Below are positions 16,776 to 26,900 of a DNA stretch of 64,000 nt, piece after piece. The stretch is from an uncultured Geobacteraceae bacterium (GTDB taxonomy: Bacteria > Desulfobacterota > Desulfuromonadia > Geobacterales > Pseudopelobacteraceae), in contig CAIYDX010000399.1 in assembly GCA_903925005.1 (NCBI GenBank), forward strand, positions 21,867 through 85,866, written 5' to 3'. The position numbers were made by a program, and so were the translations under genes. Every line of letters starts with the position of its first letter. Position 1 is the stretch's first letter. The notes below the pieces were generated by a model. The model was not told the DNA's origin, made no database searches, and worked only from the letters and a program-made list of their open reading frames with translations.

Positions 16776-16791
16776 TGGTACGATTTTTGCA
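16776..16791 (+). promoter_or_regulatory. Sigma54 (-24/-12) promoter upstream of flgB
   Basis: TGGTAC-GATTT-TTGCA matches TGGCAC-N5-TTGCW with exact spacing. It ends 28 nt before the flgB ATG. Confidence 0.6.
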
Positions 16792-16818
16792 TATATTGCG
16801 CTTTGGGAGGAGCTAGAT

Positions 16819-17253
16819 ATGCGAATTGATGGCATTTTCAACGATACCGTTGCCCTATTGGGGAAAAGCGTTGACTTGCGCGCAAAAACCCAAAATTTGA
16901 TCGCTTCCAATATAGCCAATGCCGAAACCCCTAACTTCGTTCCCAAAACATTGGCATTTGAACAAGAATTGCAGGGGGCTCTTAAAAGCCATCAATCCGG
17001 ACAGCGCCCTTCTGCTGCAACGCACCCACGCCATATTCCGATTCGGGGCGCCGGTGTCGGCAGTGCCGTACAGTCGGTTTCAGGAAAGGTTATCGAAACG
17101 CCTAATAAAACGCCAGGCAGAGATGGCAATGCGGTTGAACTTGAAGATGAAATGAGCAAGCTGGCTGAAAATCAGATCATGTTTAACGCATCGGTTCAGA
17201 TGTTGAATAAAAAGTTCGAGGGGTTGCAGACTGCAATCAAAGGAGCATTATAA
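16819..17253 (+). CDS. flgB: Flagellar basal-body rod protein FlgB
   Basis: ATG 16819 follows GGGAGG. LIASNIANAETPNF rod-protein N-terminal motif. First gene of the flgBC-fliE array. Confidence 0.9.
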   Translation: MRIDGIFNDTVALLGKSVDLRAKTQNLIASNIANAETPNFVPKTLAFEQELQGALKSHQSGQRPSAATHPRHIPIRGAGVGSAVQSVSGKVIETPNKTPGRDGNAVELEDEMSKLAENQIMFNASVQMLNKKFEGLQTAIKGAL

Positions 17254-17691
17254 ATGGATTTCTTTAGCTCTATGAATGTAAGTTCATCGGCTCTTTCCGC
17301 CGAGCGTACGCGGATGAATCTGATATCGAGCAATCTTGCCAATGCCAATACAACGCGTACTCCGGAAGGGGGACCTTACAAACGGAAAGATGCGGTTTTT
17401 TCAGCGACTCCGCTGGAAAGCAGCTTCAATCGTGTACTTGATGGCGCGACTGCCCAGCAGGTACGTAAAGTGGAAGTTTCTCAAATTGTTGAGGACCAGA
17501 ACCCTCCGCGCCTGCAGTATGACCCCAGTCATCCGGATGCCAATCAGCAAGGGTATGTTGCCATGCCAAATGTCAATGTTGTTGAAGAAATGGCCGACAT
17601 GATCAGCGCAACGCGGTCGTATGAAGCAAATGTTACCGCCGTTCAGGCGGCCAAAAGCATGGCGATGAAAACGCTTGAAATTGGTAAATAG
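17254..17691 (+). CDS. flgC: Flagellar basal-body rod protein FlgC
   Basis: 145 aa. ISSNLANANTTRT N-terminal motif and MISATRSYEANV C-terminal motif. Confidence 0.92.
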   Translation: MDFFSSMNVSSSALSAERTRMNLISSNLANANTTRTPEGGPYKRKDAVFSATPLESSFNRVLDGATAQQVRKVEVSQIVEDQNPPRLQYDPSHPDANQQGYVAMPNVNVVEEMADMISATRSYEANVTAVQAAKSMAMKTLEIGK

Positions 17692-17782
17692 CAAGATGAT
17701 ACGGAATGAACAGGGACGAAGAAGATAATCGCATAAAGAGATGTTGCATTGAGTTCGTTCAGGAACTCACGGGAGGGTGGGC

Positions 17783-18085
17783 ATGCAAATAAATGGTATT
17801 GAGAGCGGAATCGGGATGTCAAAAGCATTCCCGGATATGAATAAAGTCAGTAATTCACCAACTGCGGATGGTGCGGGCAAGTTTTTCAGTGAACTTGTCT
17901 CAAAAGTTAATGATATCCAGGTGCACTCGGACAAGTCGATTCAGGGATTGGCCAGCGGAGAGAACAAGAACCTCCATGAGGTCATGATCGAAGTGGAAAA
18001 AGCAAGTATATCGTTCCAATTTATGACTCAAGTACGCAATAAAGCAATTGAAGCTTATCAGCAAGTCATGCAGATGCAGGTCTAA
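17783..18085 (+). CDS. fliE: Flagellar hook-basal body complex protein FliE
   Basis: About 100 aa. C-terminal [35 protein letters not shown] is typical of FliE. ATG 17783 follows GGGAGGG. Confidence 0.88.
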   Translation: MQINGIESGIGMSKAFPDMNKVSNSPTADGAGKFFSELVSKVNDIQVHSDKSIQGLASGENKNLHEVMIEVEKASISFQFMTQVRNKAIEAYQQVMQMQV

Positions 18086-18151
18086 AATTTACTGAAATGT
18101 AATAAAGCAAGCATAGTAGAACCTTTATCGAAAGGAATATAATTATCACCA

Positions 18152-19729
18152 ATGCCAGAAGGATTACGTAGACTCATAGAGCCTTTTCTCGCGCTTTCTC
18201 CCGGCAAACAGATGCTGATTGCGGCAGTGGCATTTCTGTCAGCGCTCGCATTCGGCATTCTGATTTTTGTCGCTAACCGGACCGATTTCCGACCACTCTT
18301 CACCAATCTGACTTCAGAGGATGCCGGAGAAATTGTCAAAAAATTGAAGGACGCTAAAACTCCCTATCAAATCACAGCTGATGGCAAGGGAATCCTTGTC
18401 CCTTCCGATAAAGTATATGAACTCCGTTTGACACTGGCTTCGGAGGGTATACCGCAGGGGGGCGGCGTCGGTTTTGAAATATTTGACCGGAAGAATTTCG
18501 GTATGACCGAGTTTGTACAGAAACTTAATTATCAGCGTGCTCTGCAGGGAGAGTTATCCCGAACAATTGCTCAGTTGACCGGTGTCGAACAGGCGCGTGT
18601 ACATTTAGTCATCCCAGAGAAATCGCTTTTCAAGGATAATGAGAAACCGGCAACCGCTTCCATCGTCCTGAAAATGAAATCAAACCGCGCCTTGCGTGAT
18701 TCGGAGGTGCAAGGCGTTGTTCATCTGGTCTCGGCCTCCATAGAGGGTATGGATCCAGAACATGTCACGGTCCTTGATAGTCGCGGCATGATTCTCAGTA
18801 AAGGTGGAAGTAGTGATGCGACGACGCGAATGACAACAGCCATGCAGGAAACTCAGCGATCCTATGAAAAAAATGTTGAGGAGCGGATACAGTCGCTGCT
18901 TGACCGGATTGTTGGTGGCGGGAAGTCGGTAGCGCGTGTCACCGCCTCTTTCGATTTTAAGCAGGTTGAACGAGTAGAGGAAAAGTTTGACCCGGAATCA
19001 ATTGCGGTTCGCAGTGAGCAAAGGACGGAGGAGAAAGGCTCGTCAACCACCAGCAATTCGGGCGTTCCCGGAGTACAAACCAACCTAGGGCGTACACCTG
19101 CCGGAGGTGGTGCGACCTCTGGTGGCGGCTCCAAAAACGACGAAACTCTCAACTACGAAGTAAGTCGTTCCACGGCAAAAATTATTGAGCCTGTGGGGGC
19201 GCTGAGCAAAATCTCTATTGCCGTTCTGGTCGATGGCAAATATGAAGCGCCGGCAGCGGTCAAGGAGGGGCAGGCAGCAAAGGCAAAATACGTGCCGCGC
19301 TCGCCTGATGAACTGCAGAAAATAGAAACTCTGGTAAAAAGTGCCATTGGTTTTAATCTCGAACGGGGCGACCAGTTAAGTGTTCAAAATATCCCCTTTC
19401 AGGATACAGGTGAAGCGGGCGTCAGTGAGACCGCAACATGGTGGACAAACCCGTTTTATATGTCTTTGGCAAAAAACCTGATGATTGGCATCGGCTTTCT
19501 GGTGCTGATCTTGTTCGTGATTCGGCCGATTCTCGCCACGCTCAGACTCGGAAAGCGTCCCTCACTGGAGATATTTGATACATTTTCAGGTGGAGAGCAG
19601 TTGACAACTGCCGATCGAGCTTTGATTGAGTCACAGATGGCGGAACAGCAGAGTTTGATTGAGCAGGCGAAGAAAGATCCGTACCAGGTTGCCCAGATAT
19701 TGCAAAACTGGGTAGCTGAAGATAAGTAG
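18152..19729 (+). CDS. fliF: Flagellar M-ring protein FliF
   Basis: 525 aa. N- and C-terminal TM helices flank a YscJ/FliF-type periplasmic region (LNYQRALQGELSRTI). Confidence 0.92.
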   Translation: MPEGLRRLIEPFLALSPGKQMLIAAVAFLSALAFGILIFVANRTDFRPLFTNLTSEDAGEIVKKLKDAKTPYQITADGKGILVPSDKVYELRLTLASEGIPQGGGVGFEIFDRKNFGMTEFVQKLNYQRALQGELSRTIAQLTGVEQARVHLVIPEKSLFKDNEKPATASIVLKMKSNRALRDSEVQGVVHLVSASIEGMDPEHVTVLDSRGMILSKGGSSDATTRMTTAMQETQRSYEKNVEERIQSLLDRIVGGGKSVARVTASFDFKQVERVEEKFDPESIAVRSEQRTEEKGSSTTSNSGVPGVQTNLGRTPAGGGATSGGGSKNDETLNYEVSRSTAKIIEPVGALSKISIAVLVDGKYEAPAAVKEGQAAKAKYVPRSPDELQKIETLVKSAIGFNLERGDQLSVQNIPFQDTGEAGVSETATWWTNPFYMSLAKNLMIGIGFLVLILFVIRPILATLRLGKRPSLEIFDTFSGGEQLTTADRALIESQMAEQQSLIEQAKKDPYQVAQILQNWVAEDK

Positions 19730-19785
19730 TTTCGAAGCGCAAATTTAACAGATGTTAGTATTTCTAAATTTACAAAAGGGATGCT

Positions 19786-20778
19786 ATGACAGGTTCGGAA
19801 AAAGCCGCAATCTTGCTGCTCTACCTTGGAAATGACGTTACCGCCAAGGTTTACGAGCATATGGATGATATAGAAATTAAAAAGATCAGTAAGAGTATGG
19901 GAACGCTAGGGCATGTCCCGCGTGAAACAATCTTGGACGTTGTTAATAATTTCACTTCCGTGATTGATCCTGAAGCCGGAATTTTTTCTCAGGGAGATGA
20001 GTTTGTTTTAAAAATTCTGGAAAAGGCTCTTGGTCCTGAAAAAGCCCATATGCTGATGGAGGAGTTGCAAGCTTCCAGTTATGGGGATCTGGTTGATATT
20101 CTGGCGAATATGGATTCAAAAACCATCGCCAACTTTCTCTCGCAGGAACACCCTCAGACCATCGCGGTCATCCTGGCTAAACTTAAATCAAAACAAACCA
20201 GTGAAATTATCAGTCTTTTGCCGCAGGAGCTTCAGGCTGAAGTTGTTTTACGGATCGCGGATGTCGATCAGGTGTCGCCTGACATATTAAAAGATATTGA
20301 CGATGTAATGAAGGTTGAGATTCAAGCAATGGGTGGAACTCAACGATACAAGGTTGGCGGTATTGACAAGGTTGTCGATATGTTCAACCATTTTGAACGG
20401 AGCAAGGAAAAACAGATTCTTGATAAACTGGACGTTCTCAGTCCGCCGTTGTCGGAAATCATCCGCAAGCACCTCTTTACCTTTGAAGATGTTTTTGCCC
20501 TTGATGATCGTAGCATTCAGTCCGTCATGCGCGAAGTGTCGAACGACACATTAACATTGGCGATGAAAACTTCGCCGGATGAGGTCAAGGATAAGATCTT
20601 CAAGAATATCTCCAGTCGTGCTGCTGATATGATCAAGGAAGACCTGGAAGTCATGGGACCTGTACGGCTTTCCGATGTTGAAAAAGCGCAAGGAGAAATC
20701 ATTAAGATCGTGCGAAAAATGGAAGAAGAAGGGAAAATAGTTCTGGCTGGCCGTGGAAGTGAAGATGTCCTCGTCTAG
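19786..20778 (+). CDS. fliG: Flagellar motor switch protein FliG
   Basis: 330 aa. GSEKAAILLL, EHPQTIAVIL and a C-terminal charged helix region. Confidence 0.93.
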   Translation: MTGSEKAAILLLYLGNDVTAKVYEHMDDIEIKKISKSMGTLGHVPRETILDVVNNFTSVIDPEAGIFSQGDEFVLKILEKALGPEKAHMLMEELQASSYGDLVDILANMDSKTIANFLSQEHPQTIAVILAKLKSKQTSEIISLLPQELQAEVVLRIADVDQVSPDILKDIDDVMKVEIQAMGGTQRYKVGGIDKVVDMFNHFERSKEKQILDKLDVLSPPLSEIIRKHLFTFEDVFALDDRSIQSVMREVSNDTLTLAMKTSPDEVKDKIFKNISSRAADMIKEDLEVMGPVRLSDVEKAQGEIIKIVRKMEEEGKIVLAGRGSEDVLV

Positions 20779-21502
20779 GATCATAAAGCCGACAGATGAA
20801 GACAGTACCGGGATTTCAGAGTTCAACTTCTGTAATATTGCGCAGTCGAGTGTTGCGTCGCCTGCGGAGCAGAATACTGGAAACTTTGTGCCGATGGGAT
20901 TGTTCCAAGGATCTGAATCACAGAATATGTCCGGGGAAGAGGAGGTTGATGCCGGGCCGCCCCCCATTGAAATAAGCGAAGAGGATCTGAACCGGAGAAT
21001 CAGAGAAGCATTTGATGCCGGCCTCAAAGAAGGCAAGGAACTTGCCGAGCGCGGACTTATAAATGTATTCAGGGCATTACGGGCATCCAGTGAAACGATA
21101 CATAACTTGCGAGATAAAATTATCCGGGAATCAGAGGGTGAAATAATAAATCTGGTTATGTCTGTTGCCCGCAAGGTAATTATCCGGGAGATAGCCCAGG
21201 ATCGATCGATTTTAGCCGGAGTAGTACAAAATGCGCTTGCCGGCTTGTCGGCTCGGGAAGAGATAACCGTTCACATCAATCCGGATGATTACCTGCTGGT
21301 TACTTCCGGGCGCGATGAATTACTGCATAAGGAGTTGCTCAATGAGCGGTTGTTGCTCAAACCCGACCCATCGGTTGCCACAGGTTTCTGTCTTGTGGAA
21401 ACTGCCATGGGGACTGTTGATGCTTCTCTGGATGGTCAGATGGATCAGATTTACCGAAGTCTGCTTGAACAGCATACAACGGCCATTGTTGAAGAACAGT
21501 AA
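20765..21502 (+). CDS. fliH: Flagellar export ATPase regulator FliH
   Basis: Position between fliG and fliI, with a FliH-type coiled N-half and conserved C-half (INLVMSVARKVIIREI). The start is ATG 20765 or GTG 20753; both overlap the fliG end. Confidence 0.85.
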   Translation: MSSSRIIKPTDEDSTGISEFNFCNIAQSSVASPAEQNTGNFVPMGLFQGSESQNMSGEEEVDAGPPPIEISEEDLNRRIREAFDAGLKEGKELAERGLINVFRALRASSETIHNLRDKIIRESEGEIINLVMSVARKVIIREIAQDRSILAGVVQNALAGLSAREEITVHINPDDYLLVTSGRDELLHKELLNERLLLKPDPSVATGFCLVETAMGTVDASLDGQMDQIYRSLLEQHTTAIVEEQ

Positions 21503-21519
21503 CACGGAATTAATACAAT

Positions 21520-22839
21520 ATGCCTGACACAAAGCTTAATTTAAAGAAGTACCGTACGGCGCTTTCGAGCTCTAAACCGGTCAGGCTGCATGGCAAAGTT
21601 ACCCAGGTTGTCGGTCTGGTTATTGAGGGGTATTGCCCTGATACTTCAGTTGGCGCCATATGTGAAATTAAACCGATGGAGGGTGATCCGATCCCGGCGG
21701 AGGTGGTTGGCTTCCGCAACAATAAAACTCTGCTGATGCCGCTTGGCGAACTGCGGGGTGTAGGTCTTGACAGTCTGATTTCCGTTCGGCGGGACAATGC
21801 TTCCCTTGGTGTTGGCCCTCTTATGCTGGGGCGTGTAATCGATGGTTTGGGCAATCCGATCGACGATAAAGGACCGATCGATGTCGAAGAAGAATATCCG
21901 ATCTATGCGTTGCCGGTGAACCCGATGTTACGCCCGCCGATCCGGAAACCGCTGGATCTGGGTATACGCAGTATCAATGGTTTGTTGACTTGCGGTCAGG
22001 GACAACGGGTGGGAATAATGGCGGGATCCGGCGTGGGGAAGTCAACCCTGCTCGGGATGATTGCCCGCTATACGGAAGCGGATGTGAACGTCATAGCCCT
22101 GATCGGCGAGCGTGGTCGGGAACTGCGGGAATTTATCGAAAAGGATCTGCAGGAGCAGGGGCTTAAAAAATCCGTTGTTGTGGTTGCAACATCCGATCAA
22201 CCGCCTCTGGTAAGGATGCGCGGCGCTTATATCGCGACGACCATTGCGGAATACTTCAAAAACCAGGGAAAGAAAGTACTGTTGATGATGGATTCGGCAA
22301 CCCGCTTTGCAATGGCAATGCGTGAGGTTGGGCTGGCAATTGGCGAACCCCCCACCACCAAGGGTTACACGCCTTCAGTATTTGCCGCGCTGCCGAAACT
22401 GCTGGAACGAACGGGCAATTTTCCTGAAGGGAGTATCACCGCGCTATACACGGTGCTGGTTGAGGGGGATGACTTCAATGAGCCGATTTCGGATGCCATG
22501 CGCAGTATTCTGGATGGGCACATCGTATTGTCGCGTGATCTTGCTGCCAGAGCCATCTACCCGCCAATCGACATTCTGGCAAGTGCCAGCCGTGTCATGA
22601 CGGACGTGGCATCAAAAGAGCATTTGAATGTAGCCTCAAAATTCAAGGAAGTACTGGCAACCTATCGTCAGTCGGAAGATCTGATAAATATTGGTGCTTA
22701 CAAATCCGGAAGTAATTCCGGCATAGATTATGCTGTAGCACATATGGCAGAGATGCAGTCGTTTATGAAGCAGGCTGTTCATGACCCGGTCATGCTTGAA
22801 GAAGCGGTACAGGATTTGAAATCGATGTTTGCATCCTGA
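21520..22839 (+). CDS. fliI: Flagellum-specific ATPase FliI
   Basis: 439 aa. Walker A GSGVGKST, Walker B VLLMMDS, F1-beta-like. Confidence 0.95.
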   Translation: MPDTKLNLKKYRTALSSSKPVRLHGKVTQVVGLVIEGYCPDTSVGAICEIKPMEGDPIPAEVVGFRNNKTLLMPLGELRGVGLDSLISVRRDNASLGVGPLMLGRVIDGLGNPIDDKGPIDVEEEYPIYALPVNPMLRPPIRKPLDLGIRSINGLLTCGQGQRVGIMAGSGVGKSTLLGMIARYTEADVNVIALIGERGRELREFIEKDLQEQGLKKSVVVVATSDQPPLVRMRGAYIATTIAEYFKNQGKKVLLMMDSATRFAMAMREVGLAIGEPPTTKGYTPSVFAALPKLLERTGNFPEGSITALYTVLVEGDDFNEPISDAMRSILDGHIVLSRDLAARAIYPPIDILASASRVMTDVASKEHLNVASKFKEVLATYRQSEDLINIGAYKSGSNSGIDYAVAHMAEMQSFMKQAVHDPVMLEEAVQDLKSMFAS

Positions 22840-22869
22840 TTCCGGCTGTTAATCGGGGAGTAAAGGACG

Positions 22870-23307
22870 ATGGCTGGCAAAACATTCAAACTGGAGCAGG
22901 TGCTGCTTTATCGCCGTGAGATGGAAAAACTCCGCAAGCAGGAGTTTGCGACAGCCCGGCATGGGGTTGAACAGGCCAATCAAGTATTGGAGAACAAAAA
23001 AGAGCAGGTAGAACGGTTGTCGCAAGACTTTCATCGCTGCCAGCAGGATATCGAATGTATTGATGACATACGTATGTATTCGAATTTTTTTGCGCATAAG
23101 CGTGAAGAGATAAAACAGCAGAAGGAACATATAGAACACCTTGACCGGATCATGAACGAAAAAAGATCCGATCTGATGGAAGCAAGTAAGGAAAAGAAGG
23201 TGCTTGAATCATTGAGAGAGAAAAAAGCAGAAGAGTTTCGCAAAGATATGGCAGCCAAGGAGCGGAACTTTCTCGACGAAATTTCCATCCAGAAGAAGGT
23301 TAAATAA
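22870..23307 (+). CDS. fliJ: Flagellar export chaperone/stalk protein FliJ
   Basis: 145-aa coiled-coil protein (FKLEQVLLYRREMEK..) immediately after fliI. Confidence 0.85.
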   Translation: MAGKTFKLEQVLLYRREMEKLRKQEFATARHGVEQANQVLENKKEQVERLSQDFHRCQQDIECIDDIRMYSNFFAHKREEIKQQKEHIEHLDRIMNEKRSDLMEASKEKKVLESLREKKAEEFRKDMAAKERNFLDEISIQKKVK

Positions 23308-23309
23308 AC

Positions 23310-23891
23310 GTGAATCATAAAAAAAGTATTGTAGCAGCATTTGTTTTAGGGAGCACACTCATTCTTTCGCAGTATCAGCTGCCTGCTGTCATTGTCGGTT
23401 ATTCAGTTAAAAATGAAGCCGCAGCCAATACTTTGGCGGAGTCTGGGAAGGAGAACCTGTCTTCGGGGCAGCAGCCGATTAATGCGACCCGGGCCGCTCG
23501 CGAAGAAAAAATTCTTCAGGATGCCCGTCGCCAGCAGCTGAATGAGAAAGAGGCTGCTCTAAATGCCAAGGAGCAAGAGCTGAAAAAACTGAGCGCCAAA
23601 ATTGAGTCACAGGTAAAGGCGCTCGAAGACAGCAAAAAAAAGCTTGATGACACTTTAAAAGCACAAGTTGATGCTCAGAAAAAGAAACAGGATGAGAAGA
23701 TACAGAAAATGGTAAAACTGTTCAAAACCATGCGTAGCGAACAGGCTGCCAAGATGATTGATACGTTGAAAGAGGATCTTGCCCTTTCGCTCTTAAGCAG
23801 ATTGGACACCAAGACCGTGGCGAAGCTGGCGCCGTTTCTCAGTCAGCCGCGAGTCATCAAGTGGGTGTCCGAAAATCTGCAGGAAAGATGA
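23310..23891 (+). CDS. MotE/YlxF-like flagellar protein (signal/anchor, coiled coil, MgtE-N-like C-terminus)
   Basis: 193 aa. C-terminus KLFKTMRSEQAAKMIDTLKEDLALSLLSRLDTKTVAKLAPFL. Its position between fliJ and fliK matches ylxF in fla/che-type operons. Confidence 0.65.
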   Translation: MNHKKSIVAAFVLGSTLILSQYQLPAVIVGYSVKNEAAANTLAESGKENLSSGQQPINATRAAREEKILQDARRQQLNEKEAALNAKEQELKKLSAKIESQVKALEDSKKKLDDTLKAQVDAQKKKQDEKIQKMVKLFKTMRSEQAAKMIDTLKEDLALSLLSRLDTKTVAKLAPFLSQPRVIKWVSENLQER

Positions 23892-23959
23892 ATGTGATTT
23901 TATGGACTGCAGTACCGTCCACTCCATAAAAAATAAAGATAGAAAGGAGGTGAAAACTA

Positions 23960-26900
23960 ATGAATACAGGACAAATAAATATCGCTTTAACGCAGACAGT
24001 GACGCAGTTGGTCACTCAGGATCAAGCTGTACAAGTGGCCGGAGCGATGGCCGGCGGTGAGCAAAACGGCGCGAATTTTGCCGGGTTGCTTAATGGAATT
24101 CAAGCTATTGCAAAAGTGTCGGTTCCATCTGCAACAGGAAAGACGGTACAGCCTCAGATCGGCGTAACTGGTAAGGACCAGAGTGCTCCTAACGTAACCG
24201 TAGAGGAGCCACCAGCAGATCTGACGGCTCAATTCCAAGTTTCATCACACATTGCCGCTGCATCAGACAGTATCGCTCCAAAGCCGGATGTTTCAGAAAA
24301 AACTGTTGTTGCCGATGTGGCAGCGCTGCCTGACGTTGCATCTCAGATGGCACTGGCAGCATATTTGCTGGCGGGCAGGATGCCGGAGCTCAATATTCCG
24401 ACATCTATTCCTGCTGACGCGCCACAGAATGTGGTGAAAGTAACAGAACAAGCTCCGGTAATTGCTGCTCCAGCCGTTGCGACGCAGTCGGAACAAGGTA
24501 CAGCAGGGCCGGTACAGGCGTCGTCTCAGCAACCGGAAGTATCGCCGGGCAAAGAAGTAATTGCTAAATCGGCTGCAGAATTGAATCAGTACCTTCAGCC
24601 GGAAACAGCCCGATCCGTCACTGATGACAAGCGAGCGGTCACGACTGAGGAAGCCGTACCGGTTTCGCCAATTGCGATCAATGCAGAACAACACGCTGAA
24701 AACGCTAATCTGGTTCGGCGGACAACCGATGAAAAGTCAGCTCAAACGTCCACACCACAGTCGGTACAAACAGACAGAATGTCTCAAGTCAAGAATATCA
24801 ACCCTCATATAAATGACAGGCTGCAGAATGTAGCCAATGTACCAGAACAACCTGCCGTTATTGCTGCTCCTCCAGCAGCCAAGATATCGTTGGAGCGCGG
24901 TGCGGCAGAACCGACACAGGGGCCATCAGCGCAACTGTCGGTAACACAAGTCAAAGAGGTCGTTGTGCAGTCAGTGGATGCACAGAATCAGCATCACCGG
25001 TCTGAAACAGCACAAGCTACGGTTATCAACATGCAGTCGACCACTAACGTCGAAGCTGCGCCGGCAACACCGGGCACAGTCAAAGCTGAGCAGCACTCTG
25101 GAAACATCGACCTGGTGCATCGGACATCTGTTGGGGAGCCAGTACCCGGAGCTTCACTACAACCGGCACAATCAGACCGAATGTCTGAAGCCGGCAATAC
25201 GACTCCGCTTTCCTTTGCCAAGCTGCAGAACGTAGCCGCAGCATCGAAACAACCCGCCGAAGTTGCTGCTCCAACTGTCACTTTGCCAGCGGAACAAGTA
25301 GTGGTAAAGCCTGAGCCTGCACTTCACCGTGCAGTTCCACCGGTGCAGTCAGAAAATATGTCTGAAACAAGCAAAACAATCCCGCTTATTGTTGACAAGC
25401 CGCAAAACGAAACCGGGGACACGGAGCAACCTGCTGTCATTGCCGCTCCAGTCGTCAAGTTACCGACTGAACAAGTTATGGCAGAGTCTGTATTTCACCA
25501 TGCAGTTCAACCGGTGCAGTCAGATAAAATGTTCGAAACCGGCACAGCAACCTCGCTTATCGTTGACAAGCCGCAAAACGTAGCCGGGAAGTCAGCACAA
25601 CCCGCTGTCATTGTTGCTCCAGTCGTCAAGTTACCGACGGAGCAAGTTGTTGCAGAGCTGGCACTTCACCATGCAGCTCAGTCGGTGCAGTCAGATGATA
25701 TGTCTGAGACCAGCACAAAAGCCCCGCTTATTGTCGACAAGCCGCAAGATGTTGCTTGGGGCACAGAACAATCTGTCGTCATTGCCGCTCCAACCGTCAA
25801 GTTGCCGACGGAGCAAGTAGTAGCAGAGCCCGCATTACAACGGATAGTTCAAATGGCAGAATCAGATGTTATGTCGAAAGCCGATATTTCGATACAGCCT
25901 TATAATGCCACGTTGCAGAACGTAGCTGGGGGTGGTGAAACTTCAACCGTCAAGCCGCCGACGGTGCAAGTAGTCGCGGAGCCCGCAGCACCAAGTACAA
26001 TTCAAATGTTGCAAGCGGACAGTATGCCGAATGTCAATATCCCGACGCCACTTCCTGTTGACAAGCTTCAGAACGTATCAGTGAGAACAGAACAGCCTGC
26101 TGTTGCTGCTCCAGTAGTTGCATTGCAGTCGGGGCGAGGAACGGAGGTGCCTGCACATCATCAAGAGGCTAAGTCGGAACCCTCTGGCAGAGTGACTAGT
26201 GTCAATAAATGGACGTCACTTGTTGCTGATACACCGAAAACGGAAACAAAAGTGGTAGATATTTCAGCTCTCTTTCCTGCTCCACCCGTAAAGGCCGGAG
26301 TTGAGCAAACAATCGCTGAACCGGTAGAAACAGCTCCGGTCGAAAAGTTGGCTGTTCCAGCCGTTTCGCTTAAATCCGAGCAGCCTTCGGTTCATCAAGC
26401 TGTTTCGGTGCCTGTTTCGTCTCCGGCATCAGAGTTGGAGATTTCGCTTTCCCAACCCAGACCGATTACCGCACGGGCAGCCGCCGCACCTGTCTTAGCC
26501 GACAATCGTTCCGCAGCGCTGGTACAGGAAATACGTAGTGTCATTCGGCAACGGATTAACCCTGAACAGCAGATTGAAAAGGTTCAGTCCGGTAGTAATG
26601 ATCAAAGTACAGTTAAAGAAACGGCTTCATTGTTGCAGGCAGCATCGTCGTCCAGCGGATTACCGGGAGACTCCGATACTTCACGCCGTAACGACAATAA
26701 TCAGGGGCAGCCTGATGCTGACTCCAGCAATCTGATGTCTGCACAGCAGATGCGTGGCCAATTGGGCACGGAACATCAGAAAGTCGCAGCGCTCACAACC
26801 AAGGTGGTTCAGACCGAACCCGTCCGGCAGGATATTCCGGAACAAATCGTGCAGCAGGTCAAAGAACGTTTGGTACAGCACGACGTTAAACCGGGAAATC

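Noticed and set aside
24440-26110. A regularly spaced DNA repeat that might have been a CRISPR-like or satellite array
   Set aside because: The periods are 399/402 and 171-177 nt, all multiples of 3. The units are degenerate, contiguous and in frame within fliK. There is no short repeat/spacer alternation and no cas gene.
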